The notes: a model not told the origin generated them from the sequence alone. Shown: positions 9,010 to 18,703, numbered from the stretch's first letter. The stretch is DNA of 64,000 nt from a bacterium (GCA_046303675.1 JBKCFW010000192.1:4021-68020); one strand, 5' to 3'. Made by a program: numbers and translations.

Positions 9010-9017
9010 TACTTTTG
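9010..9017 (+). promoter_or_regulatory. -7 box TACTTTTG upstream of rpsJ (followed by CATCCCC)
   Basis: Exact TAnnTTTG match 29 nt upstream of the rpsJ ATG. Confidence 0.6.
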
Positions 9018-9046
9018 CATCCCCATTTAAAAATGGGAAAAAAACT

Positions 9047-9352
9047 ATGTCACAGCGAATCAGAATAAAACTACAGTCATACGACCATAATCTGGTTGAT
9101 AAATCAGCGGAGAAAATCGTTAAAACAGTACGCAGTACAGGTGCGGTGATCACTGGTCCCATTCCTTTGCCTACTCAGAAGAAAATCTTCACTGTACTGA
9201 AGTCGCCACACGTTAACAAAAAAGCACGTGAGCAGTTCCAATTGTCTACGCACAAGAGGTTGCTTGACATTTATACTTCATCTTCACGTACGGTAGACGC
9301 GCTGAGTAAGCTCGATCTTCCAAGCGGTGTTGATGTAGAGATCAAAGCCTGA
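9047..9352 (+). CDS. rpsJ: 30S ribosomal protein S10
   Basis: 101 aa. [12 protein letters not shown]..., [13 protein letters not shown]. Confidence 0.99.
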   Translation: MSQRIRIKLQSYDHNLVDKSAEKIVKTVRSTGAVITGPIPLPTQKKIFTVLKSPHVNKKAREQFQLSTHKRLLDIYTSSSRTVDALSKLDLPSGVDVEIKA

Positions 9353-9360
9353 TGAGGCTT

Positions 9361-9393
9361 GGCATCAGCTTGTCTGATGCTGCAGTTCTTTTT
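9361..9393 (+). terminator. terminator-like hairpin / attenuator candidate directly after rpsJ
   Basis: 7-bp stem gcatcag/ctgatgc (9362-9380) with a 5-nt loop, followed by the T-rich tract ttcttttt. Confidence 0.4.
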
Positions 9394-9622
9394 CATTCAT
9401 CTCCCAATTGATTGCCGGTGGCATGATAAAAAGGAGCGCTGAAATTAATTTTTTCTCTCACATGAGAGTTGAAATATGAACAAGCCCTTCGAGGTTTGTT
9501 TACTGCCGGTACTTCCGTTCCTGAAATTTCGGGAAACAAGGAAAAGGTCGACAGCAAACTGGGATTGAAGAGAGGCAAAGCCTCACTGTCCATTTAACCG
9601 AAAAGGGTATAAATATTGAACC

Positions 9623-10240
9623 ATGAAAGGAATTATCGGTAAGAAAATCGGAATGACCAGCATCTTCGGTCCCGACGGCAAGCAGACTGCCTGCACCGTC
9701 ATTGAAGCTGGTCCATGTGTAGTAACACAGGTTAAGACCAAAGACAGCGATGGTTACACCGCGCTGCAACTTGCTTTCGGCGAAAAGCTCGAAAGAAAAG
9801 CAATCTCATCTGAAAAAGGCCACTTTTCAAAGGCCTCATCTACTCCAAAAAGTTTTGTAAAGGAATTCAGGGACTACAGTCTTGAAAAAAATCTTGGCGA
9901 AGCCATTACCTGTGAAATTGTCGCTGAAGGCGAAAAAGTTGACGTGGTAGGAACTACCAAGGGTAAGGGTTTTCAGGGTGTTGTCAAGCGTCATGGATTT
10001 AGTGGTGTTGGACAGCAGTCGCACGGCCAACATGATCGTCAGCGTGCACCAGGTTCCATCGGTAACTCATCTGATGCTTCAAGGGTATTCAAGGGAATGC
10101 GCATGGCCGGCCGCATGGGTGGTGATCGCGTGAAGTTGAAAGGACTCAAGGTGGTTAAAATTTTCCCTGAGAAGAATTATATCATCGTGTCAGGATCTGT
10201 TCCTGGTCACAATGGTTCTATCGTTTATATTCAGAACTAA
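9623..10240 (+). CDS. rplC: 50S ribosomal protein L3
   Basis: 205 aa. [26 protein letters not shown]. Confidence 0.99.
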   Translation: MKGIIGKKIGMTSIFGPDGKQTACTVIEAGPCVVTQVKTKDSDGYTALQLAFGEKLERKAISSEKGHFSKASSTPKSFVKEFRDYSLEKNLGEAITCEIVAEGEKVDVVGTTKGKGFQGVVKRHGFSGVGQQSHGQHDRQRAPGSIGNSSDASRVFKGMRMAGRMGGDRVKLKGLKVVKIFPEKNYIIVSGSVPGHNGSIVYIQN

Positions 10241-10255
10241 TTCAACGCAGTTATC

Positions 10256-10894
10256 ATGCAACTAGACGTATTAACAGTAACAGGAACTAAGACCGGCAGA
10301 ACGATTGATTTGCCGGAGGATATATTTGGCACCGAGCCTAACAAGCACGTTGTATACCTGGCAGTCAAGCAATATCTCGCTGCTCAGCGTCAAGGTACGC
10401 ACAAGGTAAAGACACGTGCAGAGGTGAAGGGATCAAGCAAGAAATTACATCGTCAAAAAGGAACCGGAGGTTCACGTAAGGGCAATATCCGTAATCCTTT
10501 ATACAAGGGTGGTGGTACTGTTTTTGGACCCAAGCCTCATGCGTATGACTTCAAGCTCAATCGCCGCGTGAAAGACCTTGCCAAGATCAGTGCGTTGAGT
10601 CACAAGGCAAAAGAAAATGCAATCATTCTTGTTGAAGACCTCAAACTCGAGGCTCCAAAAACAGGTTCATTCGCCAGCATGCTGAAAGGGTTAAATGTGA
10701 GCAACAAAAAAGCGCTCTATGTTATGCCTGATCTGGATGAGAATGTATTTGTGAGTGCAAGGAACATTCCTTCTGTACTTTCTTCTGTACTTTCTGATAT
10801 CAACACGTATGATGTTGTCAATGCCGATGTATTGATCATCACTGAGTCTGCTGCAAAATTGTTTGCAGAACAGGAAGAAGGTGCTGAAGCTTAA
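10256..10894 (+). CDS. rplD: 50S ribosomal protein L4
   Basis: 212 aa. RQGTHKVKTRAEVKGSSKKLHRQKGTGGSR. Confidence 0.98.
   Translation: MQLDVLTVTGTKTGRTIDLPEDIFGTEPNKHVVYLAVKQYLAAQRQGTHKVKTRAEVKGSSKKLHRQKGTGGSRKGNIRNPLYKGGGTVFGPKPHAYDFKLNRRVKDLAKISALSHKAKENAIILVEDLKLEAPKTGSFASMLKGLNVSNKKALYVMPDLDENVFVSARNIPSVLSSVLSDINTYDVVNADVLIITESAAKLFAEQEEGAEA
10771..10794 (+). repeat. perfect 12-bp tandem duplication (ttctgtactttc x2) inside rplD
   Basis: Read directly from the sequence. It is in frame and encodes SVLS-SVLS. Confidence 0.95.
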
Positions 10895-10924
10895 TTGAAT
10901 TGATTAATAATATAAATAAGATAT

Positions 10925-11224
10925 ATGAAACTTGCTGATGTTCTGGTAAAGCCCATTCTTTCTGAGAAGGCAAATCAGCTTTCAGAAAAAAGTCGTGTTT
11001 ACTCTTTCAAGGTTTCACGAATGGCCAATAAGCTTGAGATCAAGAAAGCGGTTGAAGATTTTTACGGCGTAACGGTGGAGGATGTGAGAACAGCTGTTGC
11101 TCCTGCCAAAGCAAAGAGCCGCAATACGAAGGCCGGTGTTGTCAGCGGAAGAAAACCAAGCTTCAAGAAAGCATTTGTGACAGTTGGAGAAGGGGATACC
11201 ATTGATCTTTATTCAACAATATAA
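10925..11224 (+). CDS. rplW: 50S ribosomal protein L23
   Basis: 99 aa. PILSEKA..., KLEIKKAVEDFYGV. Confidence 0.98.
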   Translation: MKLADVLVKPILSEKANQLSEKSRVYSFKVSRMANKLEIKKAVEDFYGVTVEDVRTAVAPAKAKSRNTKAGVVSGRKPSFKKAFVTVGEGDTIDLYSTI

Positions 11225-11264
11225 TTAAGTAGCAAAGAGAGCCCTCGGGCAAAAAAATAAAAAA

Positions 11265-12104
11265 ATGGCATTAAAGAAGTACAAACCAATTACAGCAGGA
11301 ACCAGGTGGAGGATTGGAAATGCGTATGCAGAGGTCACCACCATGACTCCTGAGAAGTCGCTTTTGGAGAAGGTAAAGGCAACTGCCGGAAGAAATTCCC
11401 AAGGTCGTCGCGCTATGCGTTACATGGGTGGTGGTAATAAGAAAATGTACCGCATCATTGATTTCAAGCGTGACAAGCATGAAGTGCCTGCTAAAGTTGC
11501 TTCTATTGAGTATGATCCAAACAGGACTGCTTTCATCGCATTGTTGAATTATGCTGATGGTGAGAAGCGTTACATCCTTGCTCCACAAGGGTTGACGGTT
11601 GGTATGACTGTGATCAGCGGTCTCGCTGTTGCTCCGGAGGTTGGTAATACATTAATGTTGAAAAACATGCCACTGGGTACCAATGTGCACAATATTGAAA
11701 TGCAGCCTGGACAGGGTGGTAAAATTGCCCGTAGTGCAGGTGCATCAGCACAACTTACCAACAAGGAAGAAAAGTATGCTGTATTAAAAATGCCTTCTGG
11801 TGAATTAAGAAAAGTGTTGATCAATTGCTGTGCAACAGTAGGCGTATTGTCAAATTCAGACCATAGTCTTGAGAGCATGGGTAAGGCAGGAAGGAACCGC
11901 TGGAAAGGTATTCGTCCACGTACCCGTGGTGTAGCGATGAACCCTGTAGATCACCCAATGGGTGGTGGTGAAGGCCGTGCATCCGGAGGTCATCCACGCA
12001 GCCGTACAGGTAAATACGCCAAAGGTGAAAAGACAAGAACAAAAGGTAAGGGAAGTGATAAACTGATCCTTCAGCGCAAGGACGGCAGCAAACTCGCTAA
12101 GTAA
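11265..12104 (+). CDS. rplB: 50S ribosomal protein L2
   Basis: 279 aa. [37 protein letters not shown]. Confidence 0.99.
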   Translation: MALKKYKPITAGTRWRIGNAYAEVTTMTPEKSLLEKVKATAGRNSQGRRAMRYMGGGNKKMYRIIDFKRDKHEVPAKVASIEYDPNRTAFIALLNYADGEKRYILAPQGLTVGMTVISGLAVAPEVGNTLMLKNMPLGTNVHNIEMQPGQGGKIARSAGASAQLTNKEEKYAVLKMPSGELRKVLINCCATVGVLSNSDHSLESMGKAGRNRWKGIRPRTRGVAMNPVDHPMGGGEGRASGGHPRSRTGKYAKGEKTRTKGKGSDKLILQRKDGSKLAK

Positions 12105-12141
12105 TTAATCAGAAAAGAACACATAACAAGAAACCAATATT

Positions 12142-12411
12142 ATGGCTCGTTCAATAAGAAAAGGTCCGTATGTAGCGGCCAATTTAGAGAAGAAGGTTGA
12201 AGCAATGAATGATGGCAAGGCAAAGAAGTCTGTTGTGAAGACATGGAGCCGCAGAAGCACCATCACACCTGATTTCGTTGGACACACATTTGCTGTGCAC
12301 AACGGGAATAAATTCATCCCTGTTTACGTTACCGAATTCATGGTTGGTCACAAGCTGGGTGAATTTTCACCTACAAGGAATTTCAGAGGACACTCAAGTA
12401 AGAAAGTATAA
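12142..12411 (+). CDS. rpsS: 30S ribosomal protein S19
   Basis: 89 aa. [29 protein letters not shown]. Confidence 0.99.
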   Translation: MARSIRKGPYVAANLEKKVEAMNDGKAKKSVVKTWSRRSTITPDFVGHTFAVHNGNKFIPVYVTEFMVGHKLGEFSPTRNFRGHSSKKV

Positions 12412-12428
12412 ACTAGGTTTTCCGGCCA

Positions 12429-12794
12429 ATGGTTGGAAGATCGAAAAATAAACATATGGAAGCAGTAGCAAAATTGAAAAATTATCCCACTTCACCACGA
12501 AAAATGCGTTTGTTGGCAGACGTTATCCGTGGAATGAATGTTGAGAAAGCGGTAGCGATCCTGGAGCATCATCCCCAGCACAGCGCAATTCCCTTGCGCA
12601 AACTGGTACTCTCAGCGGTTAGCAACTGGAAGCAGAAGAACGATGCCGGCAATGTAGAATCACTCGTGGTTAAAACGATCTATGTAGATGGCGCAAGAAG
12701 TATCAAGAGAATGTTGCCTGCTCCACAAGGTCGTGCTTATCGCATGCGCAAGCGCAGCAATCATGTAACCGTTATTGTTGACGCAAACAATTAA
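12429..12794 (+). CDS. rplV: 50S ribosomal protein L22 (alternative start at ATG 12456)
   Basis: SPRKMRLLADVIRG and PAPQGRAYRMRKRSNH. Both ATGs are plausible and I cannot discriminate between them. Confidence 0.95.
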   Translation: MVGRSKNKHMEAVAKLKNYPTSPRKMRLLADVIRGMNVEKAVAILEHHPQHSAIPLRKLVLSAVSNWKQKNDAGNVESLVVKTIYVDGARSIKRMLPAPQGRAYRMRKRSNHVTVIVDANN

Positions 12795-12816
12795 GAACAT
12801 TACAAACTGAATCATA

Positions 12817-13602
12817 ATGGGTCAAAAAACGAATCCAATTGGCAACAGGTTAGGCATCATCCGCGGATGGGAAAGTAACTGGTACGGAAATAAAAAAGAT
12901 TATGCACAAAAGCTGATCGAGGATACCAAGATACGTACCTATCTCAACGCACGTATCAATAAAGGCGGTATCGCAAAGATTGTTATTGAGCGTACACTGA
13001 ACAAACTTATTGTCACGATCCACACATCCAAGCCTGGTATCATTATCGGTAAGGGCGGTGGAGAGGTTGACAGGGTAAAAGAGGAGTTGAAAAAGCTTAC
13101 CGGAAAGGAAGATGTTCAAATCAACATCCTTGAGATCCGCAGACCTGAGTTGGATGCGACCATCGTTGCTGAAACCATTGCAAAACAGATTGAGAACCGC
13201 ATCAGCTACAAGCGTGCCATCAAAATGGCTATTGCTTCAACGATGCGCCTCGGAGCTGAAGGTGTAAAGATCAAAATAAGTGGTCGTATCGGTGGTGCTG
13301 AAATCGCCCGCTCTGAAGAGATCAAACAAGGCAGGGTTCCGCTCCATACGTTCAGAATGGATATAGACTATGCTTCACTATTCGCCCAGACAGTATATGG
13401 GAAGATCGGGTTGAAAGTATGGATCTGTAAAGGTGAAGTTCTTGCTAAGCGTGACCTGAATCCAAATTTCGTAGGTGGTAAGTCAGATGCATCTGAAAGA
13501 AGAGATGTTCGTGGCGGTGCCCCTTCTGGTGGTCGTGACGACAGACGTGGTCAGGGTGCTGGCGAGAGAAGATCAGGTGGCGGAAGAGATCGTAGAGGAT
13601 AA
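12817..13602 (+). CDS. rpsC: 30S ribosomal protein S3 with a long C-terminal RG-rich tail
   Basis: 261 aa. [16 protein letters not shown]-domain GKGG, then a [24 protein letters not shown] tail. Confidence 0.99.
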   Translation: MGQKTNPIGNRLGIIRGWESNWYGNKKDYAQKLIEDTKIRTYLNARINKGGIAKIVIERTLNKLIVTIHTSKPGIIIGKGGGEVDRVKEELKKLTGKEDVQINILEIRRPELDATIVAETIAKQIENRISYKRAIKMAIASTMRLGAEGVKIKISGRIGGAEIARSEEIKQGRVPLHTFRMDIDYASLFAQTVYGKIGLKVWICKGEVLAKRDLNPNFVGGKSDASERRDVRGGAPSGGRDDRRGQGAGERRSGGGRDRRG

Positions 13603-13637
13603 TTTTTAAAAAGGGTATTCAATATAAATACTGTAAC

Positions 13638-14060
13638 ATGTTACAACCAAAAAGAACGAAACACAGAAAGGCGCAGAAAGGAAGGATCAGAGAAGTAGCC
13701 AAGAGGGGAACTTTGCTTTCCTTCGGTTCATTCGGATTGAAAGCTCTTGAGCCTGTGTGGATGACCAACAGACAGATCGAAGCAGCGCGTCAGGCAATGA
13801 CCCGTGCTATGAAAAGAGAAGGAAATGTCTGGATCAGAATATTTCCTGATAAACCGATCACCCGTAAGCCAGCCGAAGTAAGGATGGGTAAGGGTAAGGG
13901 TAATCTGGAATTCTGGGCTGCCGTTGTTGAGCCAGGAAGGATACTGTTTGAAGTAGAAGGCGTGTCTTTGGATGTTGCGCGTGAAGCGATGGAACTTGCT
14001 GCAGCAAAATTACCTATCAAAACCAAATTTGTTGTACGCAGAGATTACGCGGCGGTATAA
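13638..14060 (+). CDS. rplP: 50S ribosomal protein L16
   Basis: 140 aa. [19 protein letters not shown]. Confidence 0.99.
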   Translation: MLQPKRTKHRKAQKGRIREVAKRGTLLSFGSFGLKALEPVWMTNRQIEAARQAMTRAMKREGNVWIRIFPDKPITRKPAEVRMGKGKGNLEFWAAVVEPGRILFEVEGVSLDVAREAMELAAAKLPIKTKFVVRRDYAAV

Positions 14061-14089
14061 AGATTTCGAAAGTTAAATAACTGAATCAT

Positions 14090-14299
14090 ATGTCAAAGAA
14101 GATCGATTTTTTGAAGAGCCTTTCAACACTGAGTGACTCAGACATCAAGGCAAAGATTACTGAAGATGAGTTGCGTCTTAAAAAGCTGCATTTTGCTCAC
14201 GCTATCACTCCTCTCGAGAATCCTATGAGTATTCGTTTGTTGAGAAAAGATATTGCCAGGCTTAAAACAGAATTAAAGAAAAGAGCAATTGCTCAGTAA
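14090..14299 (+). CDS. rpmC: 50S ribosomal protein L29
   Basis: 69 aa. Position between L16 and S17, and helical ...ELRLKKLHFAHA... typical of L29. Confidence 0.93.
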   Translation: MSKKIDFLKSLSTLSDSDIKAKITEDELRLKKLHFAHAITPLENPMSIRLLRKDIARLKTELKKRAIAQ

Positions 14300-14357
14300 A
14301 AACAGGACGAACATTAAAAAACCAATTCGGTCGAAAGCCGGAACAAAATAAAAAGAA

Positions 14358-14615
14358 ATGGTTGATAGAAAAATTCGTAAGACCAAAACAGGTGTTGTAA
14401 GCAGTGACAAGATGGATAAGACCATCACCGTTGCTGTGGAAAGAAAAGTAAAGCACCCTCTGTACGGGAAGTTCGTCAAGAAGACGACCAAGTTCCATGC
14501 GCATGATGAGAAAAACGAAGCTAAGCCAGGCGATGTGGTAAGGATCATGGAGACCAGGCCGCTGAGCAAAACAAAGCGTTGGAGATTGGTTGATATCATT
14601 GAGAAAGCCAAGTAA
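14358..14615 (+). CDS. rpsQ: 30S ribosomal protein S17
   Basis: 85 aa. [27 protein letters not shown]. Confidence 0.98.
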   Translation: MVDRKIRKTKTGVVSSDKMDKTITVAVERKVKHPLYGKFVKKTTKFHAHDEKNEAKPGDVVRIMETRPLSKTKRWRLVDIIEKAK

Positions 14616-14683
14616 TGATTGCTTGTCTTTTGGAAAGTAAAATTGTTTAACCACACGGCGCAAGCCGGATAAAATAGAATAAA

Positions 14684-15052
14684 ATGATTCAGCAAGAATC
14701 CAGATTGAATGTAGCAGACAACAGCGGTGCCAAAGAAGTTCTTTGTATCCGTGTCTTGGGTAATAGCGGACAGGATTATGCAAAGATCGGCGACAAGATT
14801 GTTGTAACTGTGAAAGATGCCATTCCTGCCGGAGGTATCAAAAAAGGTACCGTAGCCAAGGCTGTGATCGTTCGCACCAAGAACAAGTTGCGCAGAAAAG
14901 ATGGCTCATACATTCGCTTTGATGACAATGCAGTCGTGTTGCTTAACGCTGCTGATGAGCCAAGGGGTACTCGTATTTTCGGGCCAGTTGCCCGCGAACT
15001 GAGGGACAAAGGATACATGAAGATTATATCACTTGCACCAGAGGTTCTATAG
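14684..15052 (+). CDS. rplN: 50S ribosomal protein L14
   Basis: 122 aa. [17 protein letters not shown]. Confidence 0.99.
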   Translation: MIQQESRLNVADNSGAKEVLCIRVLGNSGQDYAKIGDKIVVTVKDAIPAGGIKKGTVAKAVIVRTKNKLRRKDGSYIRFDDNAVVLLNAADEPRGTRIFGPVARELRDKGYMKIISLAPEVL

Positions 15053-15090
15053 TAAGTATAACTGCGTGAAGAACGCTTAAAATAAAGACA

Positions 15091-15429
15091 ATGAGCAATA
15101 GATTTAAACCCAAGTTCAATATCAAGAAAGGCGACACTGTCGTGGTGATCTCCGGTGATGACAAGGATCTCAAAAAGCCCCGCAAGGTGCTGGAAGTATT
15201 CCCTGAGAAATCACGTGTTCTTGTTGAAGGGGCGAACATTATCACGCGCCACACCAAGCCTTCTGCACAGAATACCAAAGGTGGACTTGTAAAAAAAGAG
15301 GCTTCCATGCACATCAGCAACGTAATGCTCTGGGACGCTAAGAAAGAGGAAGCAACCAAAATTAAAAGGTCCAGAGAGAATGGAAAATTAGTTAGAATAT
15401 CTAAAAAGTCAGGGGAGGTAATCAAATAA
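15091..15429 (+). CDS. rplX: 50S ribosomal protein L24
   Basis: 112 aa. [15 protein letters not shown] (KOW motif). Stop overlaps the rplE start (TAATG). Confidence 0.97.
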   Translation: MSNRFKPKFNIKKGDTVVVISGDDKDLKKPRKVLEVFPEKSRVLVEGANIITRHTKPSAQNTKGGLVKKEASMHISNVMLWDAKKEEATKIKRSRENGKLVRISKKSGEVIK

Positions 15430-16001
15430 TGAGCACATCTACGTATACACCAAGATTACAGGCTAAATACCACAATGAGGTGATTTCAGCACTGATGAAA
15501 AAGTTCAGTTATTCAACTGTTATGCAAGTGCCTAGGCTCACAAAAATCTGTTTGAACAGAGGTGTGAATGGTGCAGTTGCCGACAAGAAATTAATTGATA
15601 TAGCCATTGACGAGATGACCTTGATCACTGGTCAAAAAGCCCAGTCAACTCGTTCTAAAAAAGACATCTCCAACTTCAAACTCCGTAAGCACATGCCTAT
15701 CGGTGCCCGCGTAACACTTCGTGGGGTGAAGATGTATGAATTCCTTGACAGACTTGTGTCTGCATCACTGCCACGTGTGCGTGACTTCAAGGGTGTTAGC
15801 GAGAAAGCTTTTGATGGTCGTGGCAACTACACGTTGGGCGTTACTGAGCAGATCATTTTCCCTGAGATTGACATCGACAAGGTGTCAAAGATCACTGGAA
15901 TGGATATCACCTTTGTAACAACAGCAAAAAACAATGAAGAAGCATACGAATTGCTCAAAGAGCTTGGTATGCCATTTAAAAACATCAGAAAAGAAAATTG
16001 A
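15429..16001 (+). CDS. rplE: 50S ribosomal protein L5
   Basis: 190 aa. [28 protein letters not shown]. Confidence 0.99.
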   Translation: MSTSTYTPRLQAKYHNEVISALMKKFSYSTVMQVPRLTKICLNRGVNGAVADKKLIDIAIDEMTLITGQKAQSTRSKKDISNFKLRKHMPIGARVTLRGVKMYEFLDRLVSASLPRVRDFKGVSEKAFDGRGNYTLGVTEQIIFPEIDIDKVSKITGMDITFVTTAKNNEEAYELLKELGMPFKNIRKEN

Positions 16002-16044
16002 TTTTAAATTGGGCACAGCCCGCTTTTAATATAATCCAGAACAT

Positions 16045-16314
16045 ATGGCAAAAGAATCGGTAAAAGCCAGACAAAGAAAAAGAGAAAAAATGGTTTCAAA
16101 GTTTGCTGAGAAGCGTGCAGCGTTAAAGGCGGCAGGTGAGTGGCAAGCGCTAGACCAATTGCCCAAGAACTCCTCAAAGGTGCGCCTGAAGAACAGGTGT
16201 CAGCTTACAGGTCGTCCTAAAGGGTACATGCGTTTCTTTGGAATCTCAAGGGTAACGTTCAGGGATATGGCTTTGGCCGGTAAGATCCCAGGAGTTAAAA
16301 AAGCGAGCTGGTAA
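16045..16314 (+). CDS. rpsN: 30S ribosomal protein S14 (long form, no zinc-binding cysteines)
   Basis: 89 aa. [42 protein letters not shown]. Confidence 0.98.
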   Translation: MAKESVKARQRKREKMVSKFAEKRAALKAAGEWQALDQLPKNSSKVRLKNRCQLTGRPKGYMRFFGISRVTFRDMALAGKIPGVKKASW

Positions 16315-16371
16315 TCGAAACATCTCTATTAATTAAACAAACCAAAAACCGAAATAATCCCGAAAGGGACT

Positions 16372-16378
16372 AAGGAGG
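16372..16378 (+). promoter_or_regulatory. canonical Shine-Dalgarno AAGGAGG 9 nt upstream of the rpsH ATG
   Basis: Read directly: ...tcccGAAAgggacTAAGGAGGgaataaaatATG. No comparable SD precedes the other cistrons of the cluster. Confidence 0.6.
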
Positions 16379-16387
16379 GAATAAAAT

Positions 16388-16786
16388 ATGACTACAGATC
16401 CAATTGCAGATTTTTTGACAAGGGTCAGAAATGCACAGATGGCAGGACACAGAATCGTTGAGATTCCCGCTTCAAATTTGAAGAAGCGTATCACGGAGAT
16501 CCTGTATCATCAAGGGTATATTCTCAAGTATAAATTTGAGGATGACAGCAAGCAAGGTGTAATCAAGATCGCATTGAAGTATGATGCTATGAGCAAGGCA
16601 CCTGCGATCAAAACACTCGAGCGCGTTAGTCGCCCTGGATTGAGACAGTACGCTAAACCTGCTGAATTCCAGAGAGTGAAGAATGGTCTGGGTATCGCTA
16701 TCTTGTCCACTTCAAAAGGAGTGATGACTGATAAAGAAGCGAAAGCCCACAATGTAGGTGGAGAAGTGCTTTGCTATATATATTAA
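16388..16786 (+). CDS. rpsH: 30S ribosomal protein S8
   Basis: 132 aa. DPIADFLTR.RNA, RPGLR.Y, GLGIAILSTSKGVMTDKEA. Confidence 0.99.
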   Translation: MTTDPIADFLTRVRNAQMAGHRIVEIPASNLKKRITEILYHQGYILKYKFEDDSKQGVIKIALKYDAMSKAPAIKTLERVSRPGLRQYAKPAEFQRVKNGLGIAILSTSKGVMTDKEAKAHNVGGEVLCYIY

Positions 16787-16884
16787 ACATTTTTCCTTGC
16801 CGGGAATTCAGGTGTGTGTACTAAGTTTTCTATACGGAACTGAAACCGCCAGAACAAAACGACAAGGACTTTAAAACAAATACT

Positions 16885-17439
16885 ATGTCTCGTATAGGTA
16901 AAAAGAACATTGAACTCCCCAAGGGAGTGACACTTTCAGTAGGATCTGACAACGTTGTAACCGTAAAAGGTCCGAAGGGTGAATTAAAGCAAGCAGTTGA
17001 TCGTGATATCACTATTGTGGTTACGGATTCTACTGTTGAGTTCAAGCGACCAACTGAACAGATCAGACACCGTGCACTTCATGGTCTGTACAGGGCATTG
17101 GTCAACAACCTTGTAAATGGTGTAACCAACGGATTTAAAAAAGAACTTGAACTTGTGGGTGTGGGTTATAAAGCGGCGAGTCAAGGAAACATTCTTGATC
17201 TTTCTCTTGGATATTCACACAACATCATCTTCGAAGTTCCTAAAGAACTTAAAGTGACTACCACGCAGGAAAAGGGAGACAATCCCCGCATATTTCTTGA
17301 AGGGATTGACAAGCAATTGCTTGGTCAGGTTGCTGCAAAGATCAGAGGTCTGAGAAAACCTGAACCATACAAAGGAAAAGGTGTGAAGTACACAGGAGAG
17401 TATATCCGTCGTAAAGCAGGTAAATCGGCTGGTAAATAA
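16885..17439 (+). CDS. rplF: 50S ribosomal protein L6
   Basis: 184 aa. MSRIGKK.I.LP.GV, VKGPKGEL, PEPYKGKGV.Y. Confidence 0.99.
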   Translation: MSRIGKKNIELPKGVTLSVGSDNVVTVKGPKGELKQAVDRDITIVVTDSTVEFKRPTEQIRHRALHGLYRALVNNLVNGVTNGFKKELELVGVGYKAASQGNILDLSLGYSHNIIFEVPKELKVTTTQEKGDNPRIFLEGIDKQLLGQVAAKIRGLRKPEPYKGKGVKYTGEYIRRKAGKSAGK

Positions 17440-17484
17440 TAATTGTTAACTGTTCCTGGCAGCATCAGGAAAAAATATAATAAG

Positions 17485-17838
17485 ATGAACGTAAAAGCGC
17501 TAAGAAGACAAAGAATCAAGTATACGATCCGTAAAAAGATCTCAGGTACTACTCAATCACCCAGACTCAGCGTATTCAGAAGCAACACTGAAATCTACGC
17601 ACAGTTGATTGACGATGTAAACGGAAACACACTTGCTTCCGCGTCATCACGTGACAAGGATATCAAGGCTCAAAAAGGAACCAAAACAGAAAAGAGCAAA
17701 CTAGTTGGCCAGGCAATTGCCAAAAAGGCTGTTGCACTCGGAATTGCCGGCTGTGTGTTCGATCGCGGAGGATTTCTGTATCACGGAAGGATTAAGGCGG
17801 TAGCAGAAGGTGCACGTGAAGGTGGTCTTAAATTCTAA
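17485..17838 (+). CDS. rplR: 50S ribosomal protein L18
   Basis: ATG at 17485 ([39 protein letters not shown]) fits L18. The ORF-track start at 17443 would begin 3 nt after the rplF stop and adds a non-conserved extension. Confidence 0.97.
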   Translation: MNVKALRRQRIKYTIRKKISGTTQSPRLSVFRSNTEIYAQLIDDVNGNTLASASSRDKDIKAQKGTKTEKSKLVGQAIAKKAVALGIAGCVFDRGGFLYHGRIKAVAEGAREGGLKF

Positions 17839-17870
17839 TCAATCATTTATTTAAATCAATATTTCAATAC

Positions 17871-18389
17871 ATGTCACAAGTAATTTATACCAAAGTCAAA
17901 GCCGGAGACCTTGAGTTGAAGGAGAAAGTTGTTGCTATCAACCGTGTTGTTAAAACAACAAAGGGTGGTAGGGCTTTCAGTTTCTCAGCCTTGGTGGTAG
18001 TGGGGAATGGAGAGGGTGTTGTTGGTCACGGACTCGGTAAAGCAAAAGAGGTTCAGGAAGCCATCACAAAAGGTATTGAAGATGCGAAGAAGAACCTGAT
18101 CAAGGTTCCTGTCATGAAGGGCACCATCCCTCACGATCAGCTTGCCAAAGAAGGTGCTGCAATAGTGCTCATCAAGCCAGCGGCACATGGTACCGGTGTG
18201 TTGGCAGGAGGTAGTATGCGTGCAGTACTTGAAAGTGTTGGTTTAACTGACGTTCTTGCTAAATCACTTGGATCTGCAAATCCACACAACGTGGTGAAAG
18301 CAACATTCAAGGCATTGGCCATGTTGCGCGAGCCTATCCATGTTGCGAAAACAAGGACCATCGGACTAAAGAAAGTATTTAACGGATAA
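17871..18389 (+). CDS. rpsE: 30S ribosomal protein S5
   Basis: 172 aa. [34 protein letters not shown]. Confidence 0.99.
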   Translation: MSQVIYTKVKAGDLELKEKVVAINRVVKTTKGGRAFSFSALVVVGNGEGVVGHGLGKAKEVQEAITKGIEDAKKNLIKVPVMKGTIPHDQLAKEGAAIVLIKPAAHGTGVLAGGSMRAVLESVGLTDVLAKSLGSANPHNVVKATFKALAMLREPIHVAKTRTIGLKKVFNG

Positions 18390-18440
18390 GGAATTGTCCA
18401 CTGATTATTTCATCAAATTAAATCCCTCAGGGGTTTCAAT

Positions 18441-18620
18441 ATGAAAAAGATAAAAATAACAAAAGTAAAGAGTGTCATAGACCGTCCAGAACGTCAAAAG
18501 CGTACCATGGAAGCCCTTGGTTTGGGTAAACTAAATGCCACCGTTGAAGTTGAGGCAACTCCACAGATCCTTGGCATGGTTAGGAAAGTGAACCATCTTG
18601 TCAAAGTAGAAGAGATCTAA
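18441..18620 (+). CDS. rpmD: 50S ribosomal protein L30 (59 aa; too short for the ORF track)
   Basis: My own translation gives [59 protein letters not shown]. It has the classical L30 pattern and sits between rpsE and rplO. Confidence 0.95.
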   Translation: MKKIKITKVKSVIDRPERQKRTMEALGLGKLNATVEVEATPQILGMVRKVNHLVKVEEI

Positions 18621-18703
18621 AGGCGTATCCCTGTTTGCCTTTATTTATTATTTTTAAAACATACGAGTGGTCTCAGGGAGACTGCGCTGAGTAAATTAGG
18701 ATT

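Noticed and set aside
9393-9593. 66-aa minus-strand ORF inside the rpsJ-rplC spacer.
   Set aside because: It is antisense to a highly transcribed operon. It has no start context, promoter box or recognisable motif. The spacer is better explained as RNA-level regulation (see the finding on this spacer).
13480-13602. RG/RGG-rich ~40-aa C-terminal tail of S3 as a potential novelty.
   Set aside because: Basic low-complexity C-terminal extensions of S3 are common in Bacteroidota as far as I recall. The tail shows no repeat structure at the nucleotide level.
18621-18703. Possible internal terminator between rpmD and rplO (aggc...gcct followed by tatttattattttt), plus a gtctc-AGG-gagac hairpin.
   Set aside because: The stems are only 4-5 bp with a 12-nt loop in the first case. 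This is too weak to call a terminator, and rplO-secY-map would be left without a recognisable promoter.
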